Positions 55,667-64,000 of a stretch of 64,000 bases of DNA are shown piece after piece. The position numbers and the translations under genes were made by a program. The stretch covers positions 126,959 through 190,958 of the forward strand of contig CAKSAC010000001.1 in NCBI GenBank assembly GCA_934434925.1, read 5' to 3'. Source of the stretch: an uncultured Eubacteriales bacterium. GTDB lineage: Bacteria; Bacillota; Clostridia; Oscillospirales; CAG-272. Positions within the stretch are counted from its first letter, which is position 1. Every line of letters starts with the position of its first letter. The notes beneath the pieces were generated by a model. It did no database searches and had not been told where the DNA came from. It was given only the letters and a program-made list of their open reading frames with translations.

Positions 55667-55698
55667 CTTACAATCCTCCTAATATTCTCGGCAGTCGC

Positions 55699-55893
55699 TC
55701 AGTGCTGGATCATGGATTTAATCGTGGGCGTCATAGACTTGCTCAGGATAAATCCTTTGCGGAGAGTTCTCTTTCTCTTCGCGGTTTTGATGCCCAGATT
55801 GTGGCGATGCTGGGAGTGATAGATTTTGACTTTTCCGCCTGCCGTCAGCGAAAATCTTTTCGCGGAGGCTTTGTGTGTTTTCATCTTTCCCAT
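55699..55893 (-). CDS. rpmI: 50S ribosomal protein L35
   Basis: MGKMKTHKASAKRFSLTAGGKVK... Confidence 0.95.
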   Translation of the reverse strand: MGKMKTHKASAKRFSLTAGGKVKIYHSQHRHNLGIKTAKRKRTLRKGFILSKSMTPTIKSMIQH

Positions 55894-55946
55894 GATATTT
55901 CTCCTTCTAAAATACTATCGGTGAAACCGAGTTGATAACAGGGTCT

Positions 55947-56468
55947 TCAGCGTGCGTTCTTGATCGGGCAAACGACCACAGACAGCAGTCGCCCGTCAAC
56001 TGCCGGGGGCTTATCGCAGGTCCCGACATCGGCGCAAGCATTAAGAAAACGGTCGATAACCGCCCGCCCCATATCCTGGTGGGCCATCTCGCGTCCTTTG
56101 AAGCGAATCACGGTCTTTACCTTGTCTCCGCCCTGCAAAAACTTGCGGGCCTGGTTGACACGCGTCTCAAAATCATGGGTATCGATCCGGCAGGAAAGCT
56201 GAATCTCTTTGATTTTGACGATTTGTTGGTTACGCTTGGCTTCTTTCTCTTTTTTGTCGCGCTCAAAACGGTATTTTCCGTAATCCATTACGCGGCAGAC
56301 AGGCGGCTGTGCGTCGGGTGCCATGAGAACGAGATCCATCCCGCGACCGTACGCGTATTCCAGCGCCGAGTGGGAAGACATGATGCCGAGTTGCTCGCCC
56401 TCCGGTCCTACAAGCCTCACTTCCTTGAAAACGATGCTTTCGTTTACCAGTAAATCCTTCGTGCTAAT
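55947..56468 (-). CDS. infC: Translation initiation factor IF-3 (ATT start)
   Basis: ...LVNESIVFKEVRLVGPEGEQLGIM... is the IF-3 core. GGAGGT, a 7-nt spacer, then ATT at 56468. The track ORF's upstream extension is not IF-3-like. Confidence 0.9.
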   Translation of the reverse strand: MSTKDLLVNESIVFKEVRLVGPEGEQLGIMSSHSALEYAYGRGMDLVLMAPDAQPPVCRVMDYGKYRFERDKKEKEAKRNQQIVKIKEIQLSCRIDTHDFETRVNQARKFLQGGDKVKTVIRFKGREMAHQDMGRAVIDRFLNACADVGTCDKPPAVDGRLLSVVVCPIKNAR

Positions 56469-56627
56469 GGTAGTTACCTCCGTAATCCGTAAAAAAAATG
56501 CGTACGAATCTCCGCACGCATAAAGACACAGGAAAAGCCCTGTGACGATATTAACCCTGACGCACGCTCGTGGCAAGGTGAGAACGGAAATTCTGCTTCT
56601 TCAAGTGTGATTTTCACACTGCCATAC
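56469..56627 (-). promoter_or_regulatory. infC-rpmI-rplT leader with intrinsic attenuator (L20-leader position)
   Basis: About 155 nt of leader. The hairpin ATGCGT...ACGCAT (56498-56521) is followed on the minus strand by T8 (56490-56497), just upstream of the SD. Confidence 0.55.
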
Positions 56628-56656
56628 AGTATAGCATGGCCGTATTGACTTGTCAA
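56628..56656 (-). promoter_or_regulatory. Consensus sigma-A promoter of infC operon
   Basis: On the minus strand, TTGACA (56656-56651), a 17-nt spacer, then TATACT (56633-56628). Confidence 0.7.
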
Positions 56657-56864
56657 GAGATTTTTTGTTCTTTTTTCACTTTTTTCTGTTTTTGCATAAA
56701 TTTCACGAGAAATGAATACTCAGCGGGTCGGTGCCGGCGGGTCTTATCGCTTTTGCCGGGCGGCGGCCACGCGGTTTTTCCTTACTTTCACGCGCCGACT
56801 GAGGTACATTTTCCCGTTAACGCGCCCGTATTCGGAAAAATTCCGATAAAATTAACAAAACATA

Positions 56865-56893
56865 TGGAATTCCCACGCACGATGTGCTATAAT
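56865..56893 (+). promoter_or_regulatory. Extended -10 promoter upstream of lon
   Basis: TGCTATAAT at 56885-56893, with a weak -35 (TGGAAT, 56865-56870). Confidence 0.5.
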
Positions 56894-56962
56894 GTAGTAT
56901 ACTGCATGAATTATACGCCGATGGCGTTACAATAGATGCAAATTCAAATTCAGGATTATTAT

Positions 56963-59416
56963 ATGAGCAATTTTATTGAGAAAGCCGAAGCGCTTTCCCT
57001 TCCCTTGATTCCGCTTCGCGGTACGGTGGCTTTTCCTTCCGTTCAGATGAATCTTTCCATCACACGCGGTATTTCGCTGAAAGCGTTCGGCCAGGCTGCT
57101 TCGCATGATGCCGGCGCGATTCTTGTCGCGCAGAAGGATCCGTCTATTGACGAGCCGGAAGAAAAAGATTTTTACAAAGTCGGTACCGTTTGCGTCATCA
57201 AGCAGGTCACGAAAACGCCGGACGGCACGCTTACCGTAATGTTTGAGGGGGTCCGCCGCGCCAGAATTCAGTCCGTCGCGTTTACGGACGGTTTTTTCCG
57301 CGCGGACGTTGTATGTAAAAAAATGACGCTCGGCACGGCGGCCGGTCTGCGGGCCGACGCCCTGCTTGACGAACTTTCACGCACATTGGAAGAAATCCAG
57401 CCGATTCATCCTACATTGACGGACGAAGTCCGCATGGCCGCCGTCGCCATCCGCGACCCCGGTCTTTCGGCTGATTTTACGGCTTCCGCCGTCCTTCTCA
57501 ATACCCGCAACAAGCAGGCCGTGCTGGAAGATTTCAACCCGCTCATGCGTTTAGAGCATTTGCTTGTCCTTTTGCAGGAAGAAAAAGAACTGCTTTCCTG
57601 CGAAGCAAAAATCCACAGCGCCGTGCGTGAAAAGGTGGATGAGCATCAGAAAGAATTCTTTTTGCGCGAAGAACTGCGGGCCATTCAGCAGGAACTCGGC
57701 GAAGACTCTGACGAAATCGAGGAATATTCCGCAAAAATCGACAAAACGCCCATGCCGGACGAAGCGCGCGAAAAACTGCGCAAAGAACTCGGAAAATTGG
57801 CAAAAACGCCTTATGGCGCGGCGGAAAGCGTCGTTCTGCGTAATTACCTCGATACGTGCCTGGAACTTCCGTGGAGCAAAAAAACCAAAGACAAACTCGA
57901 TATGGCGGCGGTTGAACGCGTGTTGAACGCCGATCACGACGGACTTGACAAGGTCAAAGAACGCATTCTTGAGTATGTGGCCGTCCGGAAACTTGCGCCC
58001 GACATCAAGAATCAGATTCTCTGTCTTGTCGGCCCTCCCGGGGTCGGAAAGACCTCGGTCGCCGCATCGGTCGCTCGTGCCCTCGGGCGCAAATATTCCC
58101 GCATTTCGCTCGGCGGCATCCGGGATGAAGCGGATATCCGCGGCCATCGGAAGACCTATGTCGGGGCCATGCCGGGGCGTATCGTCACATCACTTACCAA
58201 CGCGAAATCGATGAATCCCGTCATTGTGCTGGACGAGGTGGATAAACTCTCCCGCGACCTGCACGGCGACCCGTCCTCTGCCCTTTTGGAAGTCCTGGAC
58301 CCCGAACAGAATAAATATTTCCGCGATCATTTTCTTGAAATGCCGCTTGATCTTTCCGATTGCCTCTTCATCGCCACGGCCAATTATTACGACAATATAC
58401 CCGAGGCGCTGATCGACCGCATGGAAATTATTGAAGTCAAACCCTATACCCGCACGGAAAAATTCGCGATTGCCCTGCACCATCTGATTCCGAAGCAGAT
58501 GAAGCGCCACGGACTGACAAAAAGAACTCTCCTGTTGCGAGACGATGCCGTATATGAGATCATCGATCACTATACCCGGGAAGCCGGCGTGCGGAATCTG
58601 GAACGCGAACTGGCGGCTCTTTTCCGTCGCGCCGCGAAAAAAATTGCCGGAGGCGAAGCGACCCGGGTCCGGGTGGATGCCGAAAATCTCCGGGACTATC
58701 TCGGCAAGCGCAAATTCCGGCCGGAACAGGAACTCTGCCGGGATGAAGTCGGCGTGATAAACGGGCTGGCTTACACCAGCGCCGGCGGAGACATTTTGCG
58801 TGTGGAAGCTCTTCCGATGCCCGGCACCGGAAAGATTGAGCTGACCGGTTCGCTCGGCGAGGTGATGAAGGAATCGGCACATATAGCGTACAGTTGCGTC
58901 CGCGCCCGCGCCGCTTCGTTCGGCCTTGACCCCTCCTCTTTTGCGAAAGAAGATATTCATATCCACTTCCCGGAGGGAGCGGTTCCGAAAGACGGCCCTT
59001 CCGCCGGCGTAACCATGGTGTCGGCGCTTGTCAGCGCCCTGACGGGGATTCCCGCCCGGTGTGACGTGGCCATGACGGGAGAAGTGACTTTGCACGGGCG
59101 CGTTCTGCCGATCGGCGGTCTGACAGAAAAAACGATGGCCGCTTATCGTGCCGGAATCAAAACGGTTCTTATTCCCCGCGATAATGAACGCGACCTGGAT
59201 GAGATTGATAAAGAAGCCGCGGCGCATTTGCACTTCATCCTCTGTGATACGGTGGACGATGTGCTGAAAAATGTATTACGGAGCCAACCGATCCCATACA
59301 CCGCTCCCGTAACTGCCAAAAACGAAAATCAACAGGAGGGAAAACTGAAATATCCGGACATTCCCGTTACCTATACCACGGGCAATACCGGTATCAGTGT
59401 TACCGGCAATTTATGA
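56963..59416 (+). CDS. lon: ATP-dependent endopeptidase La (Lon)
   Basis: The LON N-domain, AAA+ domain (GPPGVGKTS), and protease domain (DGPSAGVTM, catalytic Ser). I chose ATG 56963; ATG 56936 is an alternative. Confidence 0.92.
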   Translation: MSNFIEKAEALSLPLIPLRGTVAFPSVQMNLSITRGISLKAFGQAASHDAGAILVAQKDPSIDEPEEKDFYKVGTVCVIKQVTKTPDGTLTVMFEGVRRARIQSVAFTDGFFRADVVCKKMTLGTAAGLRADALLDELSRTLEEIQPIHPTLTDEVRMAAVAIRDPGLSADFTASAVLLNTRNKQAVLEDFNPLMRLEHLLVLLQEEKELLSCEAKIHSAVREKVDEHQKEFFLREELRAIQQELGEDSDEIEEYSAKIDKTPMPDEAREKLRKELGKLAKTPYGAAESVVLRNYLDTCLELPWSKKTKDKLDMAAVERVLNADHDGLDKVKERILEYVAVRKLAPDIKNQILCLVGPPGVGKTSVAASVARALGRKYSRISLGGIRDEADIRGHRKTYVGAMPGRIVTSLTNAKSMNPVIVLDEVDKLSRDLHGDPSSALLEVLDPEQNKYFRDHFLEMPLDLSDCLFIATANYYDNIPEALIDRMEIIEVKPYTRTEKFAIALHHLIPKQMKRHGLTKRTLLLRDDAVYEIIDHYTREAGVRNLERELAALFRRAAKKIAGGEATRVRVDAENLRDYLGKRKFRPEQELCRDEVGVINGLAYTSAGGDILRVEALPMPGTGKIELTGSLGEVMKESAHIAYSCVRARAASFGLDPSSFAKEDIHIHFPEGAVPKDGPSAGVTMVSALVSALTGIPARCDVAMTGEVTLHGRVLPIGGLTEKTMAAYRAGIKTVLIPRDNERDLDEIDKEAAAHLHFILCDTVDDVLKNVLRSQPIPYTAPVTAKNENQQEGKLKYPDIPVTYTTGNTGISVTGNL

Positions 59417-60036
59417 GTGCCAAGATCAATTTTCAGAACGTCGCTCTGAAAATATCCGCAGGTTTTCCCGCCCAGTTCCCTCGTGACGCGCGACCGAGGA
59501 TTGCTTTCTCCGGTCGCTCCAATGCAGGCAAGAGTTCGCTCATCAACGCTCTGCTCGGGCGCAAGGACCTGGCGCGCGTCAGTTCTGCCCCGGGAAAGAC
59601 GATTACCGTAAATTTTTATGACATCGACGGGAAGCTGTATTTTGTCGATCTCCCCGGATACGGTTTTGCCAAACGCCCGGACAGTGAGAAAAAGAAATGG
59701 TCCGCATTGACGGACGGATTTTTTGTCAACAATCCCGATACGGACATGCTTCGGCTTGTTGTCCAACTGGTGGATATACGGCACGACCCGACCGAAGACG
59801 ACCGCCTGATGCTGAACTTTCTCCGGGAAAGCAACCTGCCTTACCTGGTGGTGGCATCCAAAGCGGACAAGATTTCTCCCACCGCCGCACGTGCGGCAAT
59901 CAACCGGCTGAAGGACGGATTTCCCGGTATATCGGTCCTTGCCTTCTCCGCACTGAACGGAGAGGGCCGGGATATTCTCCGGAAAAAAATCCTAAAAGCC
60001 GCTTTTTCCGATGCTGAGGAGGCCTGCGAACCTTGA
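59413..60036 (+). CDS. engB: Ribosome biogenesis GTPase YsxC/EngB
   Basis: GRSNAGKSSLINAL (G1), DLPGYG (G3), SKADK (G4). ATGA overlap with lon. Confidence 0.9.
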   Translation: MSAKINFQNVALKISAGFPAQFPRDARPRIAFSGRSNAGKSSLINALLGRKDLARVSSAPGKTITVNFYDIDGKLYFVDLPGYGFAKRPDSEKKKWSALTDGFFVNNPDTDMLRLVVQLVDIRHDPTEDDRLMLNFLRESNLPYLVVASKADKISPTAARAAINRLKDGFPGISVLAFSALNGEGRDILRKKILKAAFSDAEEACEP

Positions 60037-60710
60037 ATGTACAACTTCTGATAGGATATTTGCTGTCTGTTCCCGCCGTACTGATTGCCCTGTCGGTGCA
60101 TGAATACGCACACGGATTTGCCGCATGGAAACTCGGCGATCCGACCGCGCGCAGTCTCGGTCGGCTGACCCTGAATCCGTTCCGGCATCTCGACCCCGTC
60201 GGAATCGTTTGCATGATTTTATTCCATTTCGGATGGGCCAAGCCCGTTCCGATCAATACCCGCTATTTTAAGCATCCGCGGCGCGATATTGCCATTACGG
60301 CGTTCGCCGGCCCTCTTGCCAACTTCACGATGGCGTTTTTCGGCGCGTTCTTCTATTGTTGCGCCAATGCCACTTTTTCCGCGGTTTTGCGCGGAACCGA
60401 CTCTCCTTCCGGAACACTGGTTTCGGTTTTTGCATACACGCTCCAGTTTCTTTTCCTCTTTCACTATCTGAACCTGACGCTCGGACTTTTCAACTGCATT
60501 CCGATTCCCCCTCTGGACGGATCGCGGTTTCTGCTTGTTTTTCTTCCGCCCCGCCTTTATTTCGGCGTGATGAAGTATGAACGATATATTTCTCTGGCTT
60601 TGATGGCGCTTCTGTTTTTCGGCGCGTTCACGGGATTTCTCAGTACTGTTTCCGGCCGCCTGTCTGAGTTGATCTTCTCGATTTTCCGTTTGATACCTTG
60701 CTTTGAATGA
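60033..60710 (+). CDS. Site-2 protease family (M50) membrane metalloprotease
   Basis: HEYAHG (HExxH) lies in transmembrane helix 1, with ...NCIPIPPLDGSR later. A TTG start overlaps the engB stop. Confidence 0.7.
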   Translation: MNVQLLIGYLLSVPAVLIALSVHEYAHGFAAWKLGDPTARSLGRLTLNPFRHLDPVGIVCMILFHFGWAKPVPINTRYFKHPRRDIAITAFAGPLANFTMAFFGAFFYCCANATFSAVLRGTDSPSGTLVSVFAYTLQFLFLFHYLNLTLGLFNCIPIPPLDGSRFLLVFLPPRLYFGVMKYERYISLALMALLFFGAFTGFLSTVSGRLSELIFSIFRLIPCFE

Positions 60711-60717
60711 GGATACT

Positions 60718-61539
60718 ATGGATGAAATAATCTTCCGCCTGGATCAATTTGAAGGGCCTATGGATCTTCTGTTGGAGATCATCAAGAAAAATCGTTATAA
60801 AATCACCGATATTCCGATTGCCGAGATCTGTGATCAATATCTGTCCTATATGGACGCGGCGGAAAAAATGGACCTCAATCTGACCAGTGAATTTATCGTG
60901 ATGGCCAGCGAACTTCTCCTGATAAAAAGCATTATTCTTTTGCCGCGTTCGACCGAAGAAGTCGCCGTTAAGAAAGCGGAACTGGAAAACGCTTTACAGA
61001 TTTATCAACAAGCAAAGGCCGCCGCCGTGGACATGCAAAAACTTTATGCCGACTATTCGGCTCGCTTTGCAAAAGAAACCGATGAAATCCCGCCCGAAAA
61101 AGGGGTTCCGCTCGGACTTGACCCTGCTCTTCTCACCCGCGCCATGCAAGCGATTCTGACCCGCTTGCGGGTATCGGAGGAACGATCCGAAAAGAAACTG
61201 ATCGCTCCGCTGGTTGCACGGCGCACGGTTTCGGTTGAAAAACGCATTGAACATATTGTGGAAATGCTGGAACGCGAAAAGGAAGCCTCCCTTTTTGCTC
61301 TTCTTTCCGACTCCGAGGACAAGACCGAACTGATCGCCTCGTTCCTCGCGGTGCTGGAACTTGTCAAAATCCACCGCATTCTTATCAAAGAAACGCCGGA
61401 ATCGGATTTGATTTCCGAAACGCTGAACGGTCAGGAAGATTGCCTTTCCCTGCGTTTCGTTTTCAACGCCGACTATACACCCGAGGAAAGAACCGAAAGT
61501 GAGTTTGACCATGAAAAAGACACAGAACCTGCAACTTGA
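60718..61539 (+). CDS. scpA: Segregation and condensation protein A
   Basis: FEGPMDLLLEIIKKNRYKITDIPIAEI. I set the start to ATG 60718 (GAGGA upstream). Confidence 0.85.
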   Translation: MDEIIFRLDQFEGPMDLLLEIIKKNRYKITDIPIAEICDQYLSYMDAAEKMDLNLTSEFIVMASELLLIKSIILLPRSTEEVAVKKAELENALQIYQQAKAAAVDMQKLYADYSARFAKETDEIPPEKGVPLGLDPALLTRAMQAILTRLRVSEERSEKKLIAPLVARRTVSVEKRIEHIVEMLEREKEASLFALLSDSEDKTELIASFLAVLELVKIHRILIKETPESDLISETLNGQEDCLSLRFVFNADYTPEERTESEFDHEKDTEPAT

Positions 61540-62263
61540 CCTTCCGGATGCCGAGGAAAAAGCAGAACTGCAAGAACCGGCGGAAGATCTGAATATTGAA
61601 GAGGCGCTGGAAGCCATCCTCTTCGCGGCGGGACATGCCGTTACCTACGGGCAGCTGGCCTCTCTTTTTGAACTTTCTCCCCTTGAAATGAAGGCTTTGG
61701 TCTTGGAATATGCCAATAAATACAATCATTCCCGCCTCTCGCGCGGCGTGATGCTCCTCACGTATGATGAATCCTGCCAATTATGCACAAAGCCGGATTT
61801 TTTGCCGTATATCCGCGCCGCTCTCGGTATCCGTAAAAGCGGGAATCTTTCCAATTCTTCCATCGAAACGCTGGCCGTCATTGCATACAATCAACCCGTT
61901 ACACGGTCGTATATCGACCAAGTGCGAAAAGTTGACAGTGCCTACGCCGTTAACAACCTCTTGGAACGCGGTCTGATCGAGAGCAAAGGACGGCTGGACG
62001 CGCCGGGACGGCCGACGCTTCTCGGTACAACGCCGGACTTTTTACGCTGTTTCGGCCTTACCTCATTGGCAGATTTACCGGATATTCACGCAGAGAACGC
62101 TGCCGAAGTCCTTCAAAGTATCGGACAGCAATATATGATGGAAACCGATGATTCCGGTCAGCTTTCTCTGGATGACGAACTGAAAAAAGAAGCGGTGGAA
62201 AAAGCGGCCGCACCGGAAGAAACGACCCCGACAGAAGAAACGGCGGAACAAATCAGTATCTGA
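61511..62263 (+). CDS. scpB: Segregation and condensation protein B
   Basis: EAILFAAG..., LSNSSIETLAVIAYNQPVTRSYIDQVR, LDAPGRP. I chose ATG 61511; GTG 61499 is an alternative. Confidence 0.85.
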   Translation: MKKTQNLQLDLPDAEEKAELQEPAEDLNIEEALEAILFAAGHAVTYGQLASLFELSPLEMKALVLEYANKYNHSRLSRGVMLLTYDESCQLCTKPDFLPYIRAALGIRKSGNLSNSSIETLAVIAYNQPVTRSYIDQVRKVDSAYAVNNLLERGLIESKGRLDAPGRPTLLGTTPDFLRCFGLTSLADLPDIHAENAAEVLQSIGQQYMMETDDSGQLSLDDELKKEAVEKAAAPEETTPTEETAEQISI

Positions 62264-62290
62264 TCGCCGAAAAACGAAAGGAGAGACGGC

Positions 62291-63043
62291 ATGAGCCCCG
62301 CATTGTGGATACTGTTTTCCGTCCTTTTCGTTCTTCTGTTTCTCCTGTTTTCCCCAATCCGGCTGGTTTTTTGCTATGACGGACGCATAAAATTGACGTT
62401 GCATTATCTTTTCCTGCATTTTTCCCTTGTTCCCCGCAAAAAGAAAAAGAACGCAAAAAAGGAACCGGTAAAAAAGAAAAAGGAAAAGAAAAAAGACCGG
62501 AAAAAGGCCGGCAAAGATGCCCAGAGAGCGGAAAAACCTGTAAAAAAGAAGAAAAAACCGCTTCGTTTCTTTGATATCCGGCTTCTGTTGCGTCTGGTCA
62601 GGGGTTTCCTCTCCCGGACAGTGCAAAAACTCCGCAAACATATGCGCATTCGTATCAGACGGTTGCATATTACGCTCGGTGGCGGCGAGGACGCGGCAAA
62701 GGCGGCCATAGAATACGGGATTGCCGCACAGGCGCTTGCATACCTGCTCGCTGTTCCCGAAGAGGCTGGGGTCTTAAAAAAGAAAAAGGATATCCGGCTG
62801 GATATCGACTTCCTCTCGGATTCCGCTTTTTTTGATACGCGCATAGAAGTCATTTTTCCGCTTTTCTTTGCCGTTTCGGCGGCGGTTTCGATACTTTTTG
62901 ACGGATTTCGCACGTACACGCGTTTCAAAAAGCGCCCCACCGGAAAAAAAGCCAAAGACTCTCCGGCCGTTTCCCGCGTTTCTCTTCGGGAAAGCCAAAA
63001 GAATTCTGAAAAAAAAGAAAGCGCGCCGGAGAATTCCCCGTAA
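62291..63043 (+). CDS. DUF2953-like membrane protein (YtfI-like) with a Lys-rich loop
   Basis: An N-terminal transmembrane helix, then PIRLVFCYDGRIKLTLHYLFLHFSLVP. It sits upstream of ytfJ, as in Bacillus (recalled from memory). Confidence 0.55.
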   Translation: MSPALWILFSVLFVLLFLLFSPIRLVFCYDGRIKLTLHYLFLHFSLVPRKKKKNAKKEPVKKKKEKKKDRKKAGKDAQRAEKPVKKKKKPLRFFDIRLLLRLVRGFLSRTVQKLRKHMRIRIRRLHITLGGGEDAAKAAIEYGIAAQALAYLLAVPEEAGVLKKKKDIRLDIDFLSDSAFFDTRIEVIFPLFFAVSAAVSILFDGFRTYTRFKKRPTGKKAKDSPAVSRVSLRESQKNSEKKESAPENSP

Positions 63044-63079
63044 CCGATAATAAGACAAAAAATACAAAGGAGATGCCAG

Positions 63080-63532
63080 ATGGCAGATAGTAAATTCAGC
63101 GACATCATCAATTCTTCCCTTCAGAAAATCAAGGAATTTGCCAATTCCGAGACTGTCATCGGAGAACCCGTAACTGTGGCGGGCATGACTGTTCTCCCCG
63201 TTTCCCGTATCACCATGGGGTTTGCTTCGGGCGGGATTGATTACGCCGGGAAAAAGGCAAAAGAATCCCCGGCCGTAAAACCGAACAATTTCGGCGGCGG
63301 AGGCGGAACCGGCGTTAATATTACCCCGATTGCCTTTCTGGTTCTCTCGGAGACGGGAACGGCCGAAGTGTTGCCGATCACCGGCTATGACGACAACAGT
63401 TCGGTGGATAAGATCACCGGGTTGATCGAGCGTTCGCCGGAGATTCTTGCCCGTTTGCGCGATGTTTTCAAGAAGAAAAAACCGATGACCGAAACCGATC
63501 CGGTTCCGGAAAACGATGACAAAAAAGCCTGA
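63080..63532 (+). CDS. ytfJ: Sporulation protein YtfJ (GerW family)
   Basis: ETVIGEPVTVAGMTVLPVSRITMGFASGG...GGGGGTGVNITPIAFLV. Confidence 0.8.
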   Translation: MADSKFSDIINSSLQKIKEFANSETVIGEPVTVAGMTVLPVSRITMGFASGGIDYAGKKAKESPAVKPNNFGGGGGTGVNITPIAFLVLSETGTAEVLPITGYDDNSSVDKITGLIERSPEILARLRDVFKKKKPMTETDPVPENDDKKA

Positions 63533-63600
63533 TTTTTTTTGGTATCTCTTCTTTCCTCCGGTAAATAGTAAAACCAGATGAATGATCGGAGGTTTGGTCT

Positions 63601-64000
63601 TTGAAACGCTTTTTTTCGCTTTTTCTTCTCTTTATCGGCCTTTTTCTCTATACAGCTTTTCCGGCAAAGGCATATGCCGAAAAACAGACGCATATTTTGT
63701 CCGAAGCCGTACATGCCGCGCGCGGAATCCCCGCCGCCGACCGGGGGCGCGCCTCTTTTGAAACGTGGCCGGCGCTATCGGCGGAAGCGGCGGCATTGTG
63801 TGACGCGGCATCCGGACGTATCCTGCACGGAAAAAATGAAACGCGGCGGCTTCCGATGGCAAGCACGACCAAGGTCATGACGGCGCTTGTCACATTGGAA
63901 TCTCTCCCGTTGACGGCCGTTATCCGCATTCCGAAGGAAGCGGTCGGAGTAGAAGGTTCTTCTGTCTATCTCCGGGCCGGCGATACCTACACGGTAGAGG
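63601..64000 (+). CDS. D-alanyl-D-alanine carboxypeptidase (DacF-like), N-terminal part; runs off the window
   Basis: GGAGG, an 8-nt spacer, then TTG at 63601. A signal peptide is followed by ...LHGKNETRRLPMASTTKVMTALV (the SxxK motif). No stop before the window end, so it is absent from the ORF track. Confidence 0.75.
   Translation, partial: MKRFFSLFLLFIGLFLYTAFPAKAYAEKQTHILSEAVHAARGIPAADRGRASFETWPALSAEAAALCDAASGRILHGKNETRRLPMASTTKVMTALVTLESLPLTAVIRIPKEAVGVEGSSVYLRAGDTYTVE

Noticed and set aside
62440-62580. A purine-rich, A/G low-complexity stretch that looks like a simple-sequence repeat. There is also a C/T-rich repetitive stretch at 27140-27240.
   Set aside because: Both lie in frame within ORFs. 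They encode a Lys-rich loop (KKKKNAKKEPVKKKKEKKKDRKK) of the DUF2953-like protein and the poly-acidic tail of the 174-aa protein. There is no exact tandem unit, so this is compositional bias of coding sequence rather than a repeat element.
1-64000. I scanned the whole window for CRISPR arrays, rRNA, transposase/integrase/recombinase genes, phage structural genes, toxin-antitoxin pairs, restriction-modification genes or other defence genes, and att-like duplications of the tRNA-Ser 3' end.
   Set aside because: None was found. There are no regularly spaced direct repeats, no partial copy of the tRNA 3' end elsewhere, and every sizeable ORF with coding character is assignable to a housekeeping, sporulation or conserved-unknown family. 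The window looks like core chromosome rather than an accessory island.

Overview
This window looks like ordinary core chromosome from a spore-forming Clostridia-type Firmicute (about 55% GC; the taxon is inferred from gene content and synteny). I call about 65 protein genes, one tRNA-Ser(GGA), many near-consensus sigma-A promoters, about 15 intrinsic terminators and two ribosomal-protein leaders. No rRNA, CRISPR array, transposase, integrase or recognisable defence or toxin genes are present.

Gene content in order:
- 1-5.6 kb: efp (3' end), spoIIID, an orphan ECF S component, aspartate kinase.
- 5.8-8.1 kb: a DUF1538-type membrane protein with a fused tandem PII-like protein.
- 8.2-11.8 kb: a GH3 / AraC / DMT sugar locus.
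- 12.4-14.1 kb: tRNA-Ser, a cysteine-rich protein, a mini P-loop ATPase.
- 14.2-26.8 kb: pgi, a DD-carboxypeptidase, two polysaccharide deacetylases (one pdaA-like), rpsU, folD, an M16 peptidase pair, a nahK-like kinase, spoVT.
- 27.8-34.1 kb: parC-like gene, sua5, prfA, an M18 aminopeptidase, coaE.
- 34.4-38.3 kb: tmcAL, galE.
- 38.3-56.6 kb: a long minus-strand run of rplU-prp-rpmA, rsfS, yqeK, nadD, yhbY, rdgB, ftsY, smc, rnc, plsX, trmFO, topA, dprA, rplT-rpmI-infC.
- 56.9-64.0 kb: lon, engB, an M50 protease, scpA/scpB, ytfI/ytfJ-like genes, a dacF-like fragment.

Many ORF-track entries are antisense shadow ORFs or upstream extensions. I re-set several starts using Shine-Dalgarno and promoter placement.

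I did not find a convincing multi-gene novel system. The three most interesting items are:
1. The uncharacterised DUF1538 + tandem-PII module (5834-8075).
2. A 615-bp ORF-poor, hairpin-rich gap beside tRNA-Ser that may encode unclassified small RNAs (11826-12440).
3. A 22-Cys protein with a CCCCC run next to a 134-aa minimal P-loop NTPase (12698-14086).

All family assignments rest on motif recognition by eye and need HMM or BLAST confirmation.
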